Below, piece after piece: positions 1 to 12,685 of a stretch of 64,000 nt of DNA; position 1 is the first letter of the stretch; the number at the start of each line of letters is the position of its first letter. The stretch is from Octopus sinensis (taxonomy: Eukaryota). The DNA is taken from NCBI RefSeq assembly GCF_006345805.1, contig NC_042999.1, positions 103,726,001 to 103,790,000 of the forward strand, read 5' to 3'. A program made the translations under genes and the position numbers. The notes under the pieces are model-generated. The model did no database searches, was not told where the DNA came from, and saw nothing but the letters and a program-made list of their open reading frames with translations.

Positions 1-224
1 TTTCCTTTTTATTCTCTCTTTTCCTCGTCTCTTAGTAGTTACAATATACCCATCCTGTCAATATATCCACCATCCACTTAACTATTTGTTTCTCATGCAG
101 AAGGAACTTCAGTCATTCTTTTAAGATGTTTATCCCATTAATTTCTCCACTCAAAATTTAGGTCGCAAGTACTGGTATTTCACAATGCCTGAAGGTCTCA
201 GAGTATTTATCAAAGATCAGGGAC

Positions 225-225
<1 letters not shown>

Positions 226-274
<49 letters not shown>

Positions 275-284
275 CGTCTATCTG

Positions 285-318
<34 letters not shown>

Positions 319-402
319 CGTCTATCTGTCTATCTATCTGTCTATCTACCTATCTATCTATCTATCTATCTATCTGTCTATCTATCTATCTATCTATCTA
401 TC
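226..402. repeat. (CTAT)n microsatellite
   Basis: Directly visible tetranucleotide array; explains the YLSI-repeat ORF 185..415. Confidence 0.97.
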
Positions 403-599
403 TAGATTCAGATGAATATGGTACTTAAGTTGAGGCACCAGAATTTAGTACGGTATTATCCATACAATTTCAAAATAAGATGATTAAAATCAAAATAAGC
501 AACAACTATCTATCTTTCTATCTATCTGTCAATCTATATATATATATATATATAATGATAAATCTCAGAGCGAGTTATAAACAGTAGCGGTAACACATC

Positions 600-841
600 G
601 TGACGCATATTTGCCATTTGAATATGGCTAACCCCTAAGGTGATGAAAGGTAAACACCTTGAAACTCGGGTCCGTGTGTATCATGAGTTGAAGACGGGGA
701 GGATGACTCCCCTTCACAAATACTGAGAGGACACAGATAGTGTGTCTATAGCCAGCTGGAGGAGATATCTTCCTGGGCTACAAACTACAGTAGCATCCAC
801 CCTTAGGGGTTAGCCATATTCAAATGGCAAATATGCGTCAC
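600..841 (+). mobile_element. Short Penelope-like pLTR relic with a 41-bp inverted end and a hammerhead-like core
   Basis: 600-640 is the exact reverse complement of 801-841. Hammerhead-like motif at 641-672. The 3' end abuts (TA)n. Confidence 0.6.
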
Positions 842-879
842 TATATATATAATAATTATATATATAATTAATTAATTAC

Positions 880-912
<33 letters not shown>

Positions 913-1654
913 ATATATATAAGTAATCATTCATCCTTAATGAGTTATTCTCCCCACTGCGGGTGTAAATTTAATTGATTAACATATTTTAGTTGTCTAC
1001 ACTAATTATGTTAGCATCCAATTAATTAACTACGTTATACCTGCATTTTGAAATATAAAATTTATAGAATGCAAAATACCTGCTTTCTTAAATAAAAAAA
1101 ACTGTAAAATATTAGAAATATCCATTTATACAACTTTGTTTATGAGATGTGTAGGTGTTAGTGCGCTTGTATTTAGGTGTGTATTTAGTATCACATTTTT
1201 AGATGGAAGCTATGAAAACGCTGTTGCTCATCACAAGCACGCACGCACACACACACACACACACTCATTCATATATGTGTATGTGTGTGTCTGTGTTGGT
1301 GCGTGTGTATGTATGTTTCTTATACTATGGCACAAATAACTTATAAGAACCAGGAGAGACTTCCCAATGCTAGATGTAATGATTTATTCTATTTGTTATA
1401 TGCTGAAAATTTCATTAAATGTCGCTCAAGCTTCACGACTGCCGCCCCCCAAAAATAAGAAATGAGGAACTCTGACTGCTGTGTAACGAAGTTTTCAGCT
1501 TATAATGCACATCGATTCATATTACATACATAATACCATGCTGGCTTGCACAACGGATATTGAATGATGATGACTGTATATATATATATATATATATATT
1601 TGAATAATTTTGAATAATCCGTAACAAGATAATTCATTATCCATTTCATTATAC

Positions 1655-1686
<32 letters not shown>

Positions 1687-1707
1687 TATATGTACATACA
1701 TAATGTG

Positions 1708-1744
<37 letters not shown>

Positions 1745-2069
1745 TTGATATATATATATAACGTGATTTCTTTTCCTAGTGTCCAACGCTACTATTTATA
1801 AATTTCTATACCCGGAAATATAATTATACCCTGTCTGTTTGATTTCCTTGCAAAACTTAAGACGCTAAGTAAGATATTTCCGTTGCATGTCCGAAATATT
1901 TGTCAATGGCAGTAATCTCTCACTTCTCTCTCTTTCTCTCTCTCTCTCCATTTATGCATTTACACACACATAGATATATATACATATATCTATGTGTGTG
2001 CGTGTGTGTATGCATATCTAAATATGAATGCATATATACATGCATACATACATCTGTGCTAAAAGAAAG

Positions 2070-2201
<132 letters not shown>

Positions 2202-3640
2202 CTGTGTGTGTACGTGTATGTATGTATGTATGTGAGTATTTGTATATGCGTGTGCATTTTCTTTATAGTATTACAAAATATTTCGTTTTGTCATGGAAAG
2301 TGAATAATACAACACGTTAGCATACGAAAATTAAGAGGTACACAAACATATACACTGCACAGTCAAACAGATACGCACATACATATCAGAAACAATGCTA
2401 GATCTCTCTCTTTCCTAATCCCTCTCTCACTCTCTCTCTCTCACTCTCTCTCTCTCTCTCCCTTAAGATAAATATTATTTCCCTCTTTCGCAGCTTTTGA
2501 TAGATTCTTATAATATACTCCATTTTAAATAGCCTCAAGTGTAAATCACAATTTGATATATTTGTATCTTTTCATACGTATCTCCTCCCATACAAGCTTA
2601 TAGATGTTTGTGCGCCTATATTTATGCAAGGATAGCATGTGTGTCAATGTATAATATATAAATAGCATGTGTGTGTGCACATTTTTGAATGCATTTGGAA
2701 GTGTCGTTGTATATGTGTGAGTAATATTTCATATTAGTGAGCGTGAATATGCTGTTCTGTGTATATTTCGTAAAAGCAGTTCCAGCAAAGACTGACTAAT
2801 TACATCCGTTTCCAACAATCGATACACACGATTAAATATGAGCCATCTTTAAACTAACAACAGTAACACGAGACGAGAGCAGAGAACATATAGCATGAAA
2901 TAATCTGTAATTTGGTGTTAAATTTGGATCAGTCGAAAGATTGTATGATTAAAAAAATATTGACTCGAAATTTTCTTTGTTTAATATGTTGCGAAAGATG
3001 AAAGTTCTTTAATGTTTGATGATAGAATTCCCAACAAAAGGAAATATAATATTAGTTTGCTGTGATATGTCTATGTATCTTGTTTATTTAATTTTCCTAC
3101 ATGCCATTTATCAAGAGATTTCAAACACAAGACATCATTTATTGTTGCTGTCTTTGTTATTACTTGACCCCAGATCAGCCCTGATCGAGCGAAAATTTTA
3201 TGAAAATGCATTCTAGGAAGGCGGGAAGGAAGGAAGGAGGGAATGGCAAGAAGAGAGGAAGGAAAGAAGGGCACACGACCTTCTACAAAACCTCTCAGAT
3301 GAGTGGGAAGAAGAAGGGGAAGGTGGAAGGAATTCTGAAAGCAAAAACCTAACTCGAATTCTTGAAACATTGTCGATTCAACCAAAGGTAAGCAAGAAGC
3401 CGGAGCATATTATATTGAGTGATTCATTAAGTCTACCACCAAAATAAACCAGGGACAGATTTGAATTCAGATAGCAAAGAACTGGAAGAAATACCGTGAG
3501 GTATACAGTATTACGTCTCTGATAGTTTTGACAATCTATCTTTCAGGACTAATCCATTTGTTGTTGATCCCCAAGATGATGATTTGCAAAATTTAATTTC
3601 GTGGGATTTGAACTCAGTTCGTCGAAAGTTACAAGACATG

Positions 3641-3673
<33 letters not shown>

Positions 3674-3743
3674 ATATATATATACAGGATCGTTTGTAGA
3701 AAACATAAATCCGAAAGAAGCACACTCTAAGATGTAGAGCAGT

Positions 3744-3900
3744 ATATATTAAAAATGGGGAAAGCCGGTTTGTGGGATTACCTTAGGTTTCTGTCCTAAA
3801 GGATTTAGCCATATGGCGTATCGTCAGATATTGGGGGTCCGACAATACCCCATAAAACTAAACCCTTTATGAAGGTGATCCCATAAACCGGCCTTGCCCA

Positions 3901-3912
<12 letters not shown>
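3744..3912. mobile_element. Small inverted-repeat element (MITE-like or PLE end)
   Basis: About 41-bp imperfect inverted repeats (3744-3784 vs 3872-3912, about 4 mismatches), TA-flanked, followed by (TA)n. Confidence 0.7.
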
Positions 3913-3961
<49 letters not shown>

Positions 3962-5151
3962 CGTAAGTGTATATCAAGAGAGAGTGAGAGACAGAAAGAG
4001 TGGTGTACAATTATATTTAACATGCTCTTGTACACTTAATCACTAAAAAGACCGCTGCGGATATTCTCATTGGATTATGACTGGTGTCATTGGACTGTAA
4101 GTTCACGTGATTTTACATCAGCTATGAACTACCGTTCTATATTAAAACAACAAATATAAAATTTATTGATGTGCGCAACGTTTTGTCCAGCAGGAAGTCA
4201 TTAATTAGAGGCATGCTAGGCAGCGATAATTAGAATATAGATATGTACAATTATACTTACATGTCCGTATACTCTCGAACGTGGAAAGACCTTCGCCGCG
4301 GATACTGTCTCAAGGTAGAATTCTCTTTACTGACAATATGTGTCAAAACACATTACTGGCCTATGAATGACATCGTCGGACGGTTGCTGACCAGTCCGTA
4401 TCGGTGCTCATAACTGATATAGCATAACACCACAGAAACGCACATGTTCTACAGTCTAATGACGTCATTCAAAACCCAGTGGTTTGTTTTCACGTGCAAT
4501 GAATATATACGTCAAATTTCTCTCCAGATACTGCCCTATGGATTAAATAAGGATTCTGATTCCAAATTCCAAGAACATTCTTACTAAATACGATAAGGAC
4601 TTAAGGAAGACCTTGGGATACAACGGCCAAAACTTTGAGATTACAACAACCGCGATGAGAAGTCTAACATAATGATGATAATTCCCATCTCAAAATTTCT
4701 GAAAAAATCATTCATACACACCAGAATGGCCTACTGCTAACAACACTTTCTTTCGATCTCTGGATCATTTTATTTGTTATATTTAATAAGCGGAATATTA
4801 TAGAAGCATTAAACAATCTCTGTAAGGTAATACAATATATGTATATTTTACCAAACTTCTCACCTGCACTGCTTAAAGCTTTTTTAAACATTTATATAAT
4901 TTATATATGTATTGTATTATTTTATTCCTATACTGAGCGAATATCAGAAATACATAAATTTTAACTAATATTGACTGTTTGGCTTCTGGTATTTTATGGA
5001 TTTTACTATTATTAACCTGTTTACGTCGTAAAAGCAAATTTTTTAGTTGATTTCTGTTATATTATAGATTTTTATCCTCGTTCTCTGTAAAATTCACAAA
5101 GAATTATCAGCAATAATATAAATGAAAATATGTTTATTTTCATGAGTGAAT

Positions 5152-5316
5152 AGGTGCCGGCGTGGCTATATGGTAAGAAGCTTGCTTCACAGCCACATGT
5201 TTCCAGGTTTAATTCCACTACGTCGCACCTTGGGCAAGTATCTACTATTATAGCCCCAGGCCAACCAAAACCTTGTGGGTGGATTTGGTAAACGGAAACT
5301 GAAAAGAGCCCGTCGT
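5152..5316 (+). mobile_element. tRNA-derived SINE 5' part (family B, octopus OR-like)
   Basis: tRNA-like head followed by ACCTTGGGCAAG...TATAGCCC...GGATTTGGTAAACGGAAACTGAAA; homologous to copies at 21698, 30736, 38535 and 63510. Confidence 0.85.
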
Positions 5317-5399
5317 AGAAAGGTCCAAGGAAGAGAAGACGGAGAAAGAAAATCACCAACGATACACACGCGGTCACATGATCTGTATTTCTCTTTCAT

Positions 5400-6830
5400 G
5401 TGTAACTATGCTTTGCTTGATGCTTGATGAGTTTGAAGATAAATATTTGTTTATTAGTTTTAAACTAAAATGTGTTTACATTACATACCATAGTTCTGAA
5501 GTGCATTCTAAGAAATATACTGAACACAATTCATCAACTGTCACAAAGATTACAATGTTAATTATTATGACAAAGGTGCCTTAAGAAAGGCTGAAGTAAA
5601 AAACTTGATAAATGAGTTGGATGATGGGCAAAAGAAAGCTTTAACAGAATTCATTTTCCAATTAATTGCATCTGCAACAACATATTTCACTATCGCAAAA
5701 ATAAAAAAGATGCTTGCCAAACATTAAAACCTTTCGATAATGAAGAACAGTGACAATATTCATGGTTGAGGTTCAAGCAGTTTTGTTAAAGATTTAACAC
5801 ATAAAGTAGAGATTATTGCTGTAATAAAATATATGCCACTTTCAAGAACAGAAATTATATCACAAAATGTGCAGAACATTTTTTTTTTCTTTTTTAAATT
5901 CAGAATTTGTTTTGCACGCATTTTATATTCAAACCGCGTATTGAAACAAATATTGTTATATTTGGTAAGAGTCATAATTGATAAAGTTCATAATTGCCTT
6001 CACCGGCTGTTACTTTTCTGTATTTCACTTATCTTTTATAAAACAGTGGATTTTTATGTTACCAAAACTATTTTTCTCTACGTCAACCAGTAAGTTGTTG
6101 AATTGGTATACATTTGTTCTTTAAAATGGTTGATTTTCGGTATACAACAGATTTTTGCTATTGCTTAAAAGAAAAAGAAGTGAAATATAGACAAGCAACA
6201 ACTGGTGAGTGTGCTTATAGGCTTTGTCAACCCTTCCAAAATATAACAAAAATATACAAGTTGGTTTACAAAAATCCAGAGTTTTTTTCACTTAGTAGTT
6301 TGATGAGTCAACTGATATTTTTGACGTTTTACAACTTCAGGGTTTTATACATATGATTTCCTCACGCAACTTTATTAATGAGGAACATTTTAACTCTAAT
6401 TCCTTTAAAAGGCAAAATGCATGGTAAAGATATATAGCCCCTGGTGGGTAATAAAGAAATAGCATGGTAAAGATATATATCATGTTTCAAGAATTTTATC
6501 CCTGGAAGTGATGTAACTTTTCAAAAATTAGTTTGACTTGTAACAGATGATACTTCAACTGTGATAAGAAAATATGTGTTTTTGTTTGTCTTCATCATAA
6601 GGAACGAGACTTTACTATTCTTCATAAATTATCAATACATCATTCAACAAGTTCTATGCTTCAAAAATATTAAATATGAGTTCATAATGAAGGTTATTAC
6701 TAAATACTTTAACTCCGTTCGAGTTACATTCTTGTAACATAAGTTTCGTAAGGCTCATTTACATGGAGAGTATTGTGATTTCATTTTACACACAGATGCT
6801 TGTTGGTAAAATATAAGCAAATAGATATGA
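5400..6830 (+). mobile_element. Decayed hAT (Charlie/SPIN/GTF2IRD2-like) transposase
   Basis: Colinear frameshifted motifs: KPFDNEE (5727), LSRTEI (~5840), DESTDIFDVLQLQGFI (6302), LIPLKGKMHGKDIY (~6395), KLV*LVTDD, IIQQVLC (6639), DFILHTDACW. These match the hAT DESTD / VTTDGA / HCIIHQ / VRWLS series. Confidence 0.75.
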
Positions 6831-6946
6831 AAAGCTAATTCCCAAAGTCATAGATTTCTTTCAATAATGGCTGAATTTTGTAAAGAATTAAATGATCCAC
6901 ACTTGTTTGTTGATTTATCGTCTTTAATGACATCACACGAAGATAA

Positions 6947-7211
6947 ATATCTATTACCGAACTAACGTGGCAGTCCATAGAAATAGAACGAATGCTGCTG
7001 TTGGTTAGCTCCGAGAGGCGATCGCCTCTAGCTAACTGGTCTGTGGATGCCAAGCCATCAAAGGGAAATTCATGACTTCCCCTAATCGAAGGTTTACGGA
7101 CGCAGGTTCGTGTGTCATATAGCTAGCTAGAGGCGATCGCTTTTCGGAGCTAATCAACAGCAGCATTCGTCCTATTTCTATGGACTGTCACGTTAGTTTG
7201 GCAATAAATAT
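6947..7211. mobile_element. Foldback element with ~88-bp arms
   Basis: 6947-7034 is the reverse complement of 7124-7211 with about 8 mismatches. The left arm contains the perfect palindrome AGAGGCGATCGCCTCT. Confidence 0.8.
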
Positions 7212-7959
7212 TAATACTCAGTATAGCTTCTGTATCTCTCCTTTAGGGAAAATGGGAATATGAAAAAATTTCACTGAAAATTTCAGGTAACAAACAGAAG
7301 CTTTCGACATTTTCAGGGTTTCAGTAAGAGACTTCCTTTGGAAACTACTGCTATATTCAATTCCAGTATATAATATATATGATCTGCGAAAGCCAACTGA
7401 TAATTTTCAGGAACAAATTTCTGATTTTGTTACTATCGTTGGTCCATCCTTGCTTATCTCGAATCCGTGAAAGTCCGTAGATAAGTTGACGTCGTACTAT
7501 TGTGCTTTATTTTTCGTCGTTTCTAACTCTCACAATTTATGAATCTAGATGTGTACATCACTTCCCAAACAGAGCTTATTTTCAAATGATACGTAGTTCG
7601 GTTAGAAATGGAAATTATTACTTTGCAAAGTTATTTGCAGTTAATAATTCAAGTAGGAGACCTTAGACCTTAGAGTTTATTCAGAATGATTTCCCCGTTA
7701 TAAAAATCCTGCTAAAGATGCAATTCATAGTTTGTTTTAACGAATATTTGTGAGTCGGGATTTTTGACAATGAGCTTAGAAGTAGAAGTAGATCACAAGC
7801 TTATTAGTACAACACTCTTCAAGATGATGCCCCAGCATGGTCACAGCCCGGTGAGAGGAACAGGTAAAAGCTTAACTGAAAGGCACAATGAGTGTAACAG
7901 AGTTTACTAGTTCCTTCGAAGCTGATGACTCGTTCTATGCTACACAAAGTTTTCTCTGT

Positions 7960-8134
7960 TCTTTGTTCGTTCACACGATGTGTCACGTGTGAATCGTTGG
8001 CATTTTCTTCCTCCGTCTTCTTTTTCTATCGGACTTTCCTTTGTTACTATAGAAGAGCTCCGCTCGAAACGTTAAACCATCTTTCTTTCCTTCCCTGAGC
8101 GTCTGCTAATACTTTACATGTACCACGGGGGATT

Positions 8135-8195
<61 letters not shown>

Positions 8196-8216
8196 TCGTG
8201 TGAACGAACAAAGAAC
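7960..8216 (+). mobile_element. Short PLE-like relic ending in (TA)n with a 25-bp inverted copy
   Basis: GTTCTTTGTTCGTTCACACGATGTG (~7968) is inverted after the TA run (~8192). Hammerhead-like GAGC-tcc-GCTC-GAAACGTT at 8055-8073. Confidence 0.5.
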
Positions 8217-9751
8217 ACACACGCACATACATAACCATTATACATATATATATAAACTCTTGGAATATTTACATATTTCAATACTTACATAATTTGTATG
8301 TGGCAAAAATAATCATTATACTTTGACCTCTTTCTTATATACAATAATAGTATATCTATAAACTTGAATATAGTCATTTTATGGCACTCCACTTTCTTAA
8401 AGTTTGACACAATAGAATATTCTCGTTATAATTCCATCATATTTATTTCTATTAGAAAAGTCTGTATGCTTTGAGAAAAGGATAGTGACGTTTCGGATAA
8501 GACCATTCATCAATATATTTTTCCAATGCAAACTACCACTAGTTTCTTGAACACTTATTTGAAAAAATCAGTTGTGTGTGTAAGTGAGTGTAGGTGTATC
8601 TACATGTGTGTGCATGCGTGTGTGTATGGGCGTGTGTTTCCGCATGCATGTGTTATATTTATGTGTACTTGTGTGTTTGCTTGGGAGTAACAAACAACAA
8701 CGTGGTTAGACAACAGTAGAAAAGACACTAGAGAGAGTGGTATACTGTGTATGAGTGTATATGTATATATGTTTGTCTGTGTGAGTATGTATTTATTTAT
8801 GCCTATGCGTGCGTGCTATGTGCGTGTGTACTATGTGCGTGTGTGCTATGTATTATACAAATCGATTTATTGCCTGCAGAAAAGTTGCAATAACAAAGAA
8901 TTGATTTGAAGTGACTTTTAAGAAGAAGGATATCTACCTAGGTTCCATTGATGCGTACGTTTGTGTCTCCGTATATGTGTACGCGTGTACACTGGAATTT
9001 ACTGTGCGTGCTGGTGTATAGAATGCACAGTTATGCTGGTAAGTATGAATGTGTTGTTTGTATGAGTATGTATATATATATATATATATATATATACATA
9101 CATACATATGCGTGTATATAAACTCATACATAAGTATACATAGACATACATACACATATATGTACACCTAGATATACGTATGTGTTTAAAGAATGATAAA
9201 GAATGTTCTATTGTGTGGACGAGTTGGTGTGTGGGCGTTTGTATATATATGTGTGTGTGTTTGTACCTATGTTGTTAGGATTGTTTTTATGTACATATAA
9301 ACACCTGTTTATGTTCCCTAGTTGCTTATTACCACCTGGCTCTTGCATGTTGTGAACAGAATCAGATCTAATGCGATCTTTCGGGAGAGGTTTCCGGTCT
9401 TAAAATAACAACACCCTTCCTCATAACCGGTCACGAAAGCCCAGCAAAGTGTAATGGACGCTATCACTTCCTCTCTGCCTAACCCAGTTTAAAAAATGTA
9501 CGTCTAATGTCACGTTACGAGTTTCTTTTCGGTTGTATCTGTGTGCGTGGGAAGGCAGTAATGAAAGCATTAATGTAGTAATATATCTGCTTGTTAAGTT
9601 TATTTATAATCATGTGTCCGCATGTGTGTATGCATACATTTAGCAGTTATGCTTGTAAAAATTACCGTGTTTATGTTTATATTGTGTGTGTATATATATG
9701 TGTGTACGTGTGTGTGTGTGTGCGTGTGTGTGTACATACACAATATATATG

Positions 9752-9787
<36 letters not shown>

Positions 9788-9819
9788 TCAAATCGAATAA
9801 GCGAACATTAAAGGTCACT

Positions 9820-9967
9820 ACAAGAGGACGTGCACATGGAATGTATGAGTGTGATGCTCGATAAAAAGAGAGACGTTTCGAGCATAGCTTTTCGTCGGAA
9901 GAGAAATGGAAAAGGGAAAACTCCAAAGGAGAGAAAAAACTCAACAACAGCATGTGTGTAGTTACAT

Positions 9968-10010
<43 letters not shown>

Positions 10011-10158
10011 ATAATATATATATACCAGAGTAAACACATAAATGTGAAAGAAGGTGGACAGAAGAGTACTCAAATACCAGAGGTAGAGTAATATGCTTTA
10101 TTTAAAAGCAGCATAAATTTAACAAAAGCTGTTACTCGGAGTTTCACGTTCCCGTTCG

Positions 10159-10161
<3 letters not shown>
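9820..10161 (-). mobile_element. Two short PLE-like relics between (TA)/(TG) arrays
   Basis: Minus-strand hammerhead-like motifs at 9871-9897 and 10133-10161, each embedded in microsatellites. Confidence 0.45.
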
Positions 10162-10223
<62 letters not shown>

Positions 10224-10247
10224 ATATATAATATATATATATATAGT

Positions 10248-10535
10248 GAGGGCGCATGACTTAGTGGTTAGGACATTGCACTCACGATTGCTAGTTCGTG
10301 GTTTCAATTCCTAGAGCGGGTGGTGCGTTGTTGTTTTCAGCAAAACACTTCATCTCACGTTGATATGTGATGGTATGCGTGGTACACAGTCCACCTGTTC
10401 AGACAGCGCTGATTTGATGGAGAGAGTGAGCTAATGTACGGAAGAAAATTTGATCACAATAAACAAATCATTTGTGCAGGTCGTTCGGCAAAAGCTGAAT
10501 GCTTATATGTCGTCTTCGACGGGAGAGTCCATTAT
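10248..10535 (+). mobile_element. tRNA-derived SINE (family C)
   Basis: A-box-like GGCGCATGACTTAGTGGTTAGG and B-box-like GGTTTCAATTCC, then a CAGCAAAACACTT core; no tRNA 3' acceptor arm. Confidence 0.75.
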
Positions 10536-10646
10536 ATAAATATGTGTGCGTGTGTATGTGTGTGTGTGTGTGTATGTAAGAATGGAGAAGAAATTTCAAA
10601 GGTGAAGCCCTTTATCAAATTGAATCACTACACATCATATATATAT

Positions 10647-11640
10647 AATAATAATAATAATAATAAACATTGTGTACAGTGCTCAGGTGCACTACAACTC
10701 ATCGAAAGTGTATATATAATCAGGTGTAGTTTCGACGGATTTCGGAAAACATGAGGGCCTTAAAGGATGCAGTGTCATGGCAGTCAACAACTGACGCAGG
10801 CAGTTTATTCCATGCTTCAGCAACTCTGAGTGTGAAGAAATGTTTCCGAAAGTCATGGGAGCTGTGTTGTTTTCTGACTTTGTAGGCATGTCCACGTGTG
10901 TTAGACATATGGAGATCAAAAAGGTGTTCAGTGTTGTTATTGGTGAGGTGGTTGACAACTTTGTGGGTGTTTACCAAGTCCGTCGCCAGACGCCGGAGCT
11001 TCAGTGAATCCATGCCCAGGGAAACAAGGCGCTCAGAATATGGTAGGTGTCTGATAGAGGGTATGCGTTTGGTTGCACGTCTCTGAACAGATTCCAGGAG
11101 GTCAATGTTCTGAGCAAGATAGGGGTTCCAAACTGATGATGCGAATTCCAAGTGTGGTCGTACCATAGCTGTATACAGTTTTAAATAGATGGCTGGAGAG
11201 CGGCTAACAAAAGTCTTGCTGAGTGATGCCAAGACACCCTCGGCCTTCTTGACAATTTTAGAGATATGCTTTGTCCAACGCAAATCAATGCTGACAGTGA
11301 TGCCTAGGTCACGCTCGCAAGAGGATTTCTTGATATCAGTGTTGTGGAGGGAGTATGTGGACGCAGGGTTTTTTCTCCCCAAATGCATGGTGGTACACTT
11401 GTCCACAGCCAGTTTCAGTTGCCAGTCTGTGATCCATTGCTGCATTGTGTCCAGGTCTGATTGCAGGAAAGAGCTGTAGACAACAGGATCTGTCCTCTTG
11501 ATTTCAAGGTACAGCTTGATGTCGTCTGCATATTTTAATACTGTGGCATTCTTTAAATTTGCATCTATGTCATTAATGTATGCCACAAACAAGAGGGGAC
11601 CAAGGACAGATCCCTGTGGTACACCCGATGACATCTCATA
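10647..11640 (-). mobile_element. 5'-truncated CR1/L2-type LINE, reverse transcriptase C-terminal half
   Basis: ORF 10720..11670: SGVPQGSVLGPLLF, YADD, KCTTMH, ERDLG, VRPHLEFASSVWNP, LESVQRRATK, TRGH, FFTLRVAEAWNKLP. (TTA)n tail at ~10647-10666. Confidence 0.93.
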
Positions 11641-12314
11641 TACCTGTATGTGCGCATCAGGATATAGCATTCTCTGTTTAAGTAATTATTGCTGCTAGAG
11701 CATATGGAATATATTTTTATATATATTCTAAGCTACCTGTTGCATCCCTGATTGGATAGCTAAGAAATAGGCCATTGATAAAGATGCTGTTATATTAGTT
11801 TATGCTCCTTCATCGTTTTAGAAGAAGCTAGAAACATTTATCTTAGTCAAACTCCACTCTTATAACCACCAGTAATATTTTTTAAAATGTATTTTGAGGT
11901 CGTCCAAAACAGAAGCTATGTGCCATGTTTGTGTATGTCCTCCTCAAAACCAATTATATAACCGTAAGATTTCCTCAGCAATAAGGATAAAGAGTTCTCT
12001 GCAAGAATTTACATTATAGAAATGCTGTCTCCTTGAAATTATCCTATCAGAAGCTTATCGGGATCTCCTGTATTGAACTTCAGGATTGTAGTCCAGGACA
12101 ATGTCAGGTTTTCGGTGAAAGTTTAGCAAGTTGAAGGGGTTGTAACTCTTAGTGGGGATAGGAATTTTTCCGAGTCCATGATTGTTTAGGTTTTGTTTAC
12201 TTATTTAGTATATGCAAAATATTAGTCAACAATTATGGAAAGGGAATATAAACAGGTGTTTATTTGTCAAAAGGAAGCGACTAACCTCTTTTGTAATATG
12301 TTTTTTAAAATTCT

Positions 12315-12685
12315 AAGGTAGTGAGCTGGCAGAAACGCTAGCACGCCGGGCAAAATACTTAGCGGTATTTCGTCTGCCGCTACGTTCTGAGTTCAAATTC
12401 CGCCGAGGTCGACTTTGCTTTTCATCCTTTCGGAGTCGATTAAATAAGTACCAGTTACGCACTTGGGTCGATATAATCGACTTAATCCGTTTGTCTGTCA
12501 TTGTTTGTCCTCTCTGTGTTTATCCCCTTGTGAGTAGTAAAGAAATAGGTATTTCGTCTGCCGCTACGTTCTGAGTTCAAATGCCGCCGAGGTCGACTTT
12601 GCCTTTCATCCTTTCGGGGTCGATAAATTAAGTACTAGTTGTGTACTGGGGTAGATCTAATCGACTGGCCCCCACCTCCCCCAAA
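12315..12685 (+). mobile_element. tRNA-derived SINE family A, dimeric form
   Basis: GAGCTGGCAGAAACG...GAGTTCAAATTCC...CTTTCATCCTTTCGG.GTCGA core occurs twice; the second unit restarts at GGTATTTCGTC (~12548). Confidence 0.9.

Noticed and set aside
4690-4832. Hydrophobic frame (NGLLLTTLSFDLWIILFVIF...LCK) ending at AAG|GTAATA, a possible signal-peptide exon of the receptor
   Set aside because: No in-frame ATG, a weak acceptor, and no extracellular-domain exons were found between it and the M3 exon.
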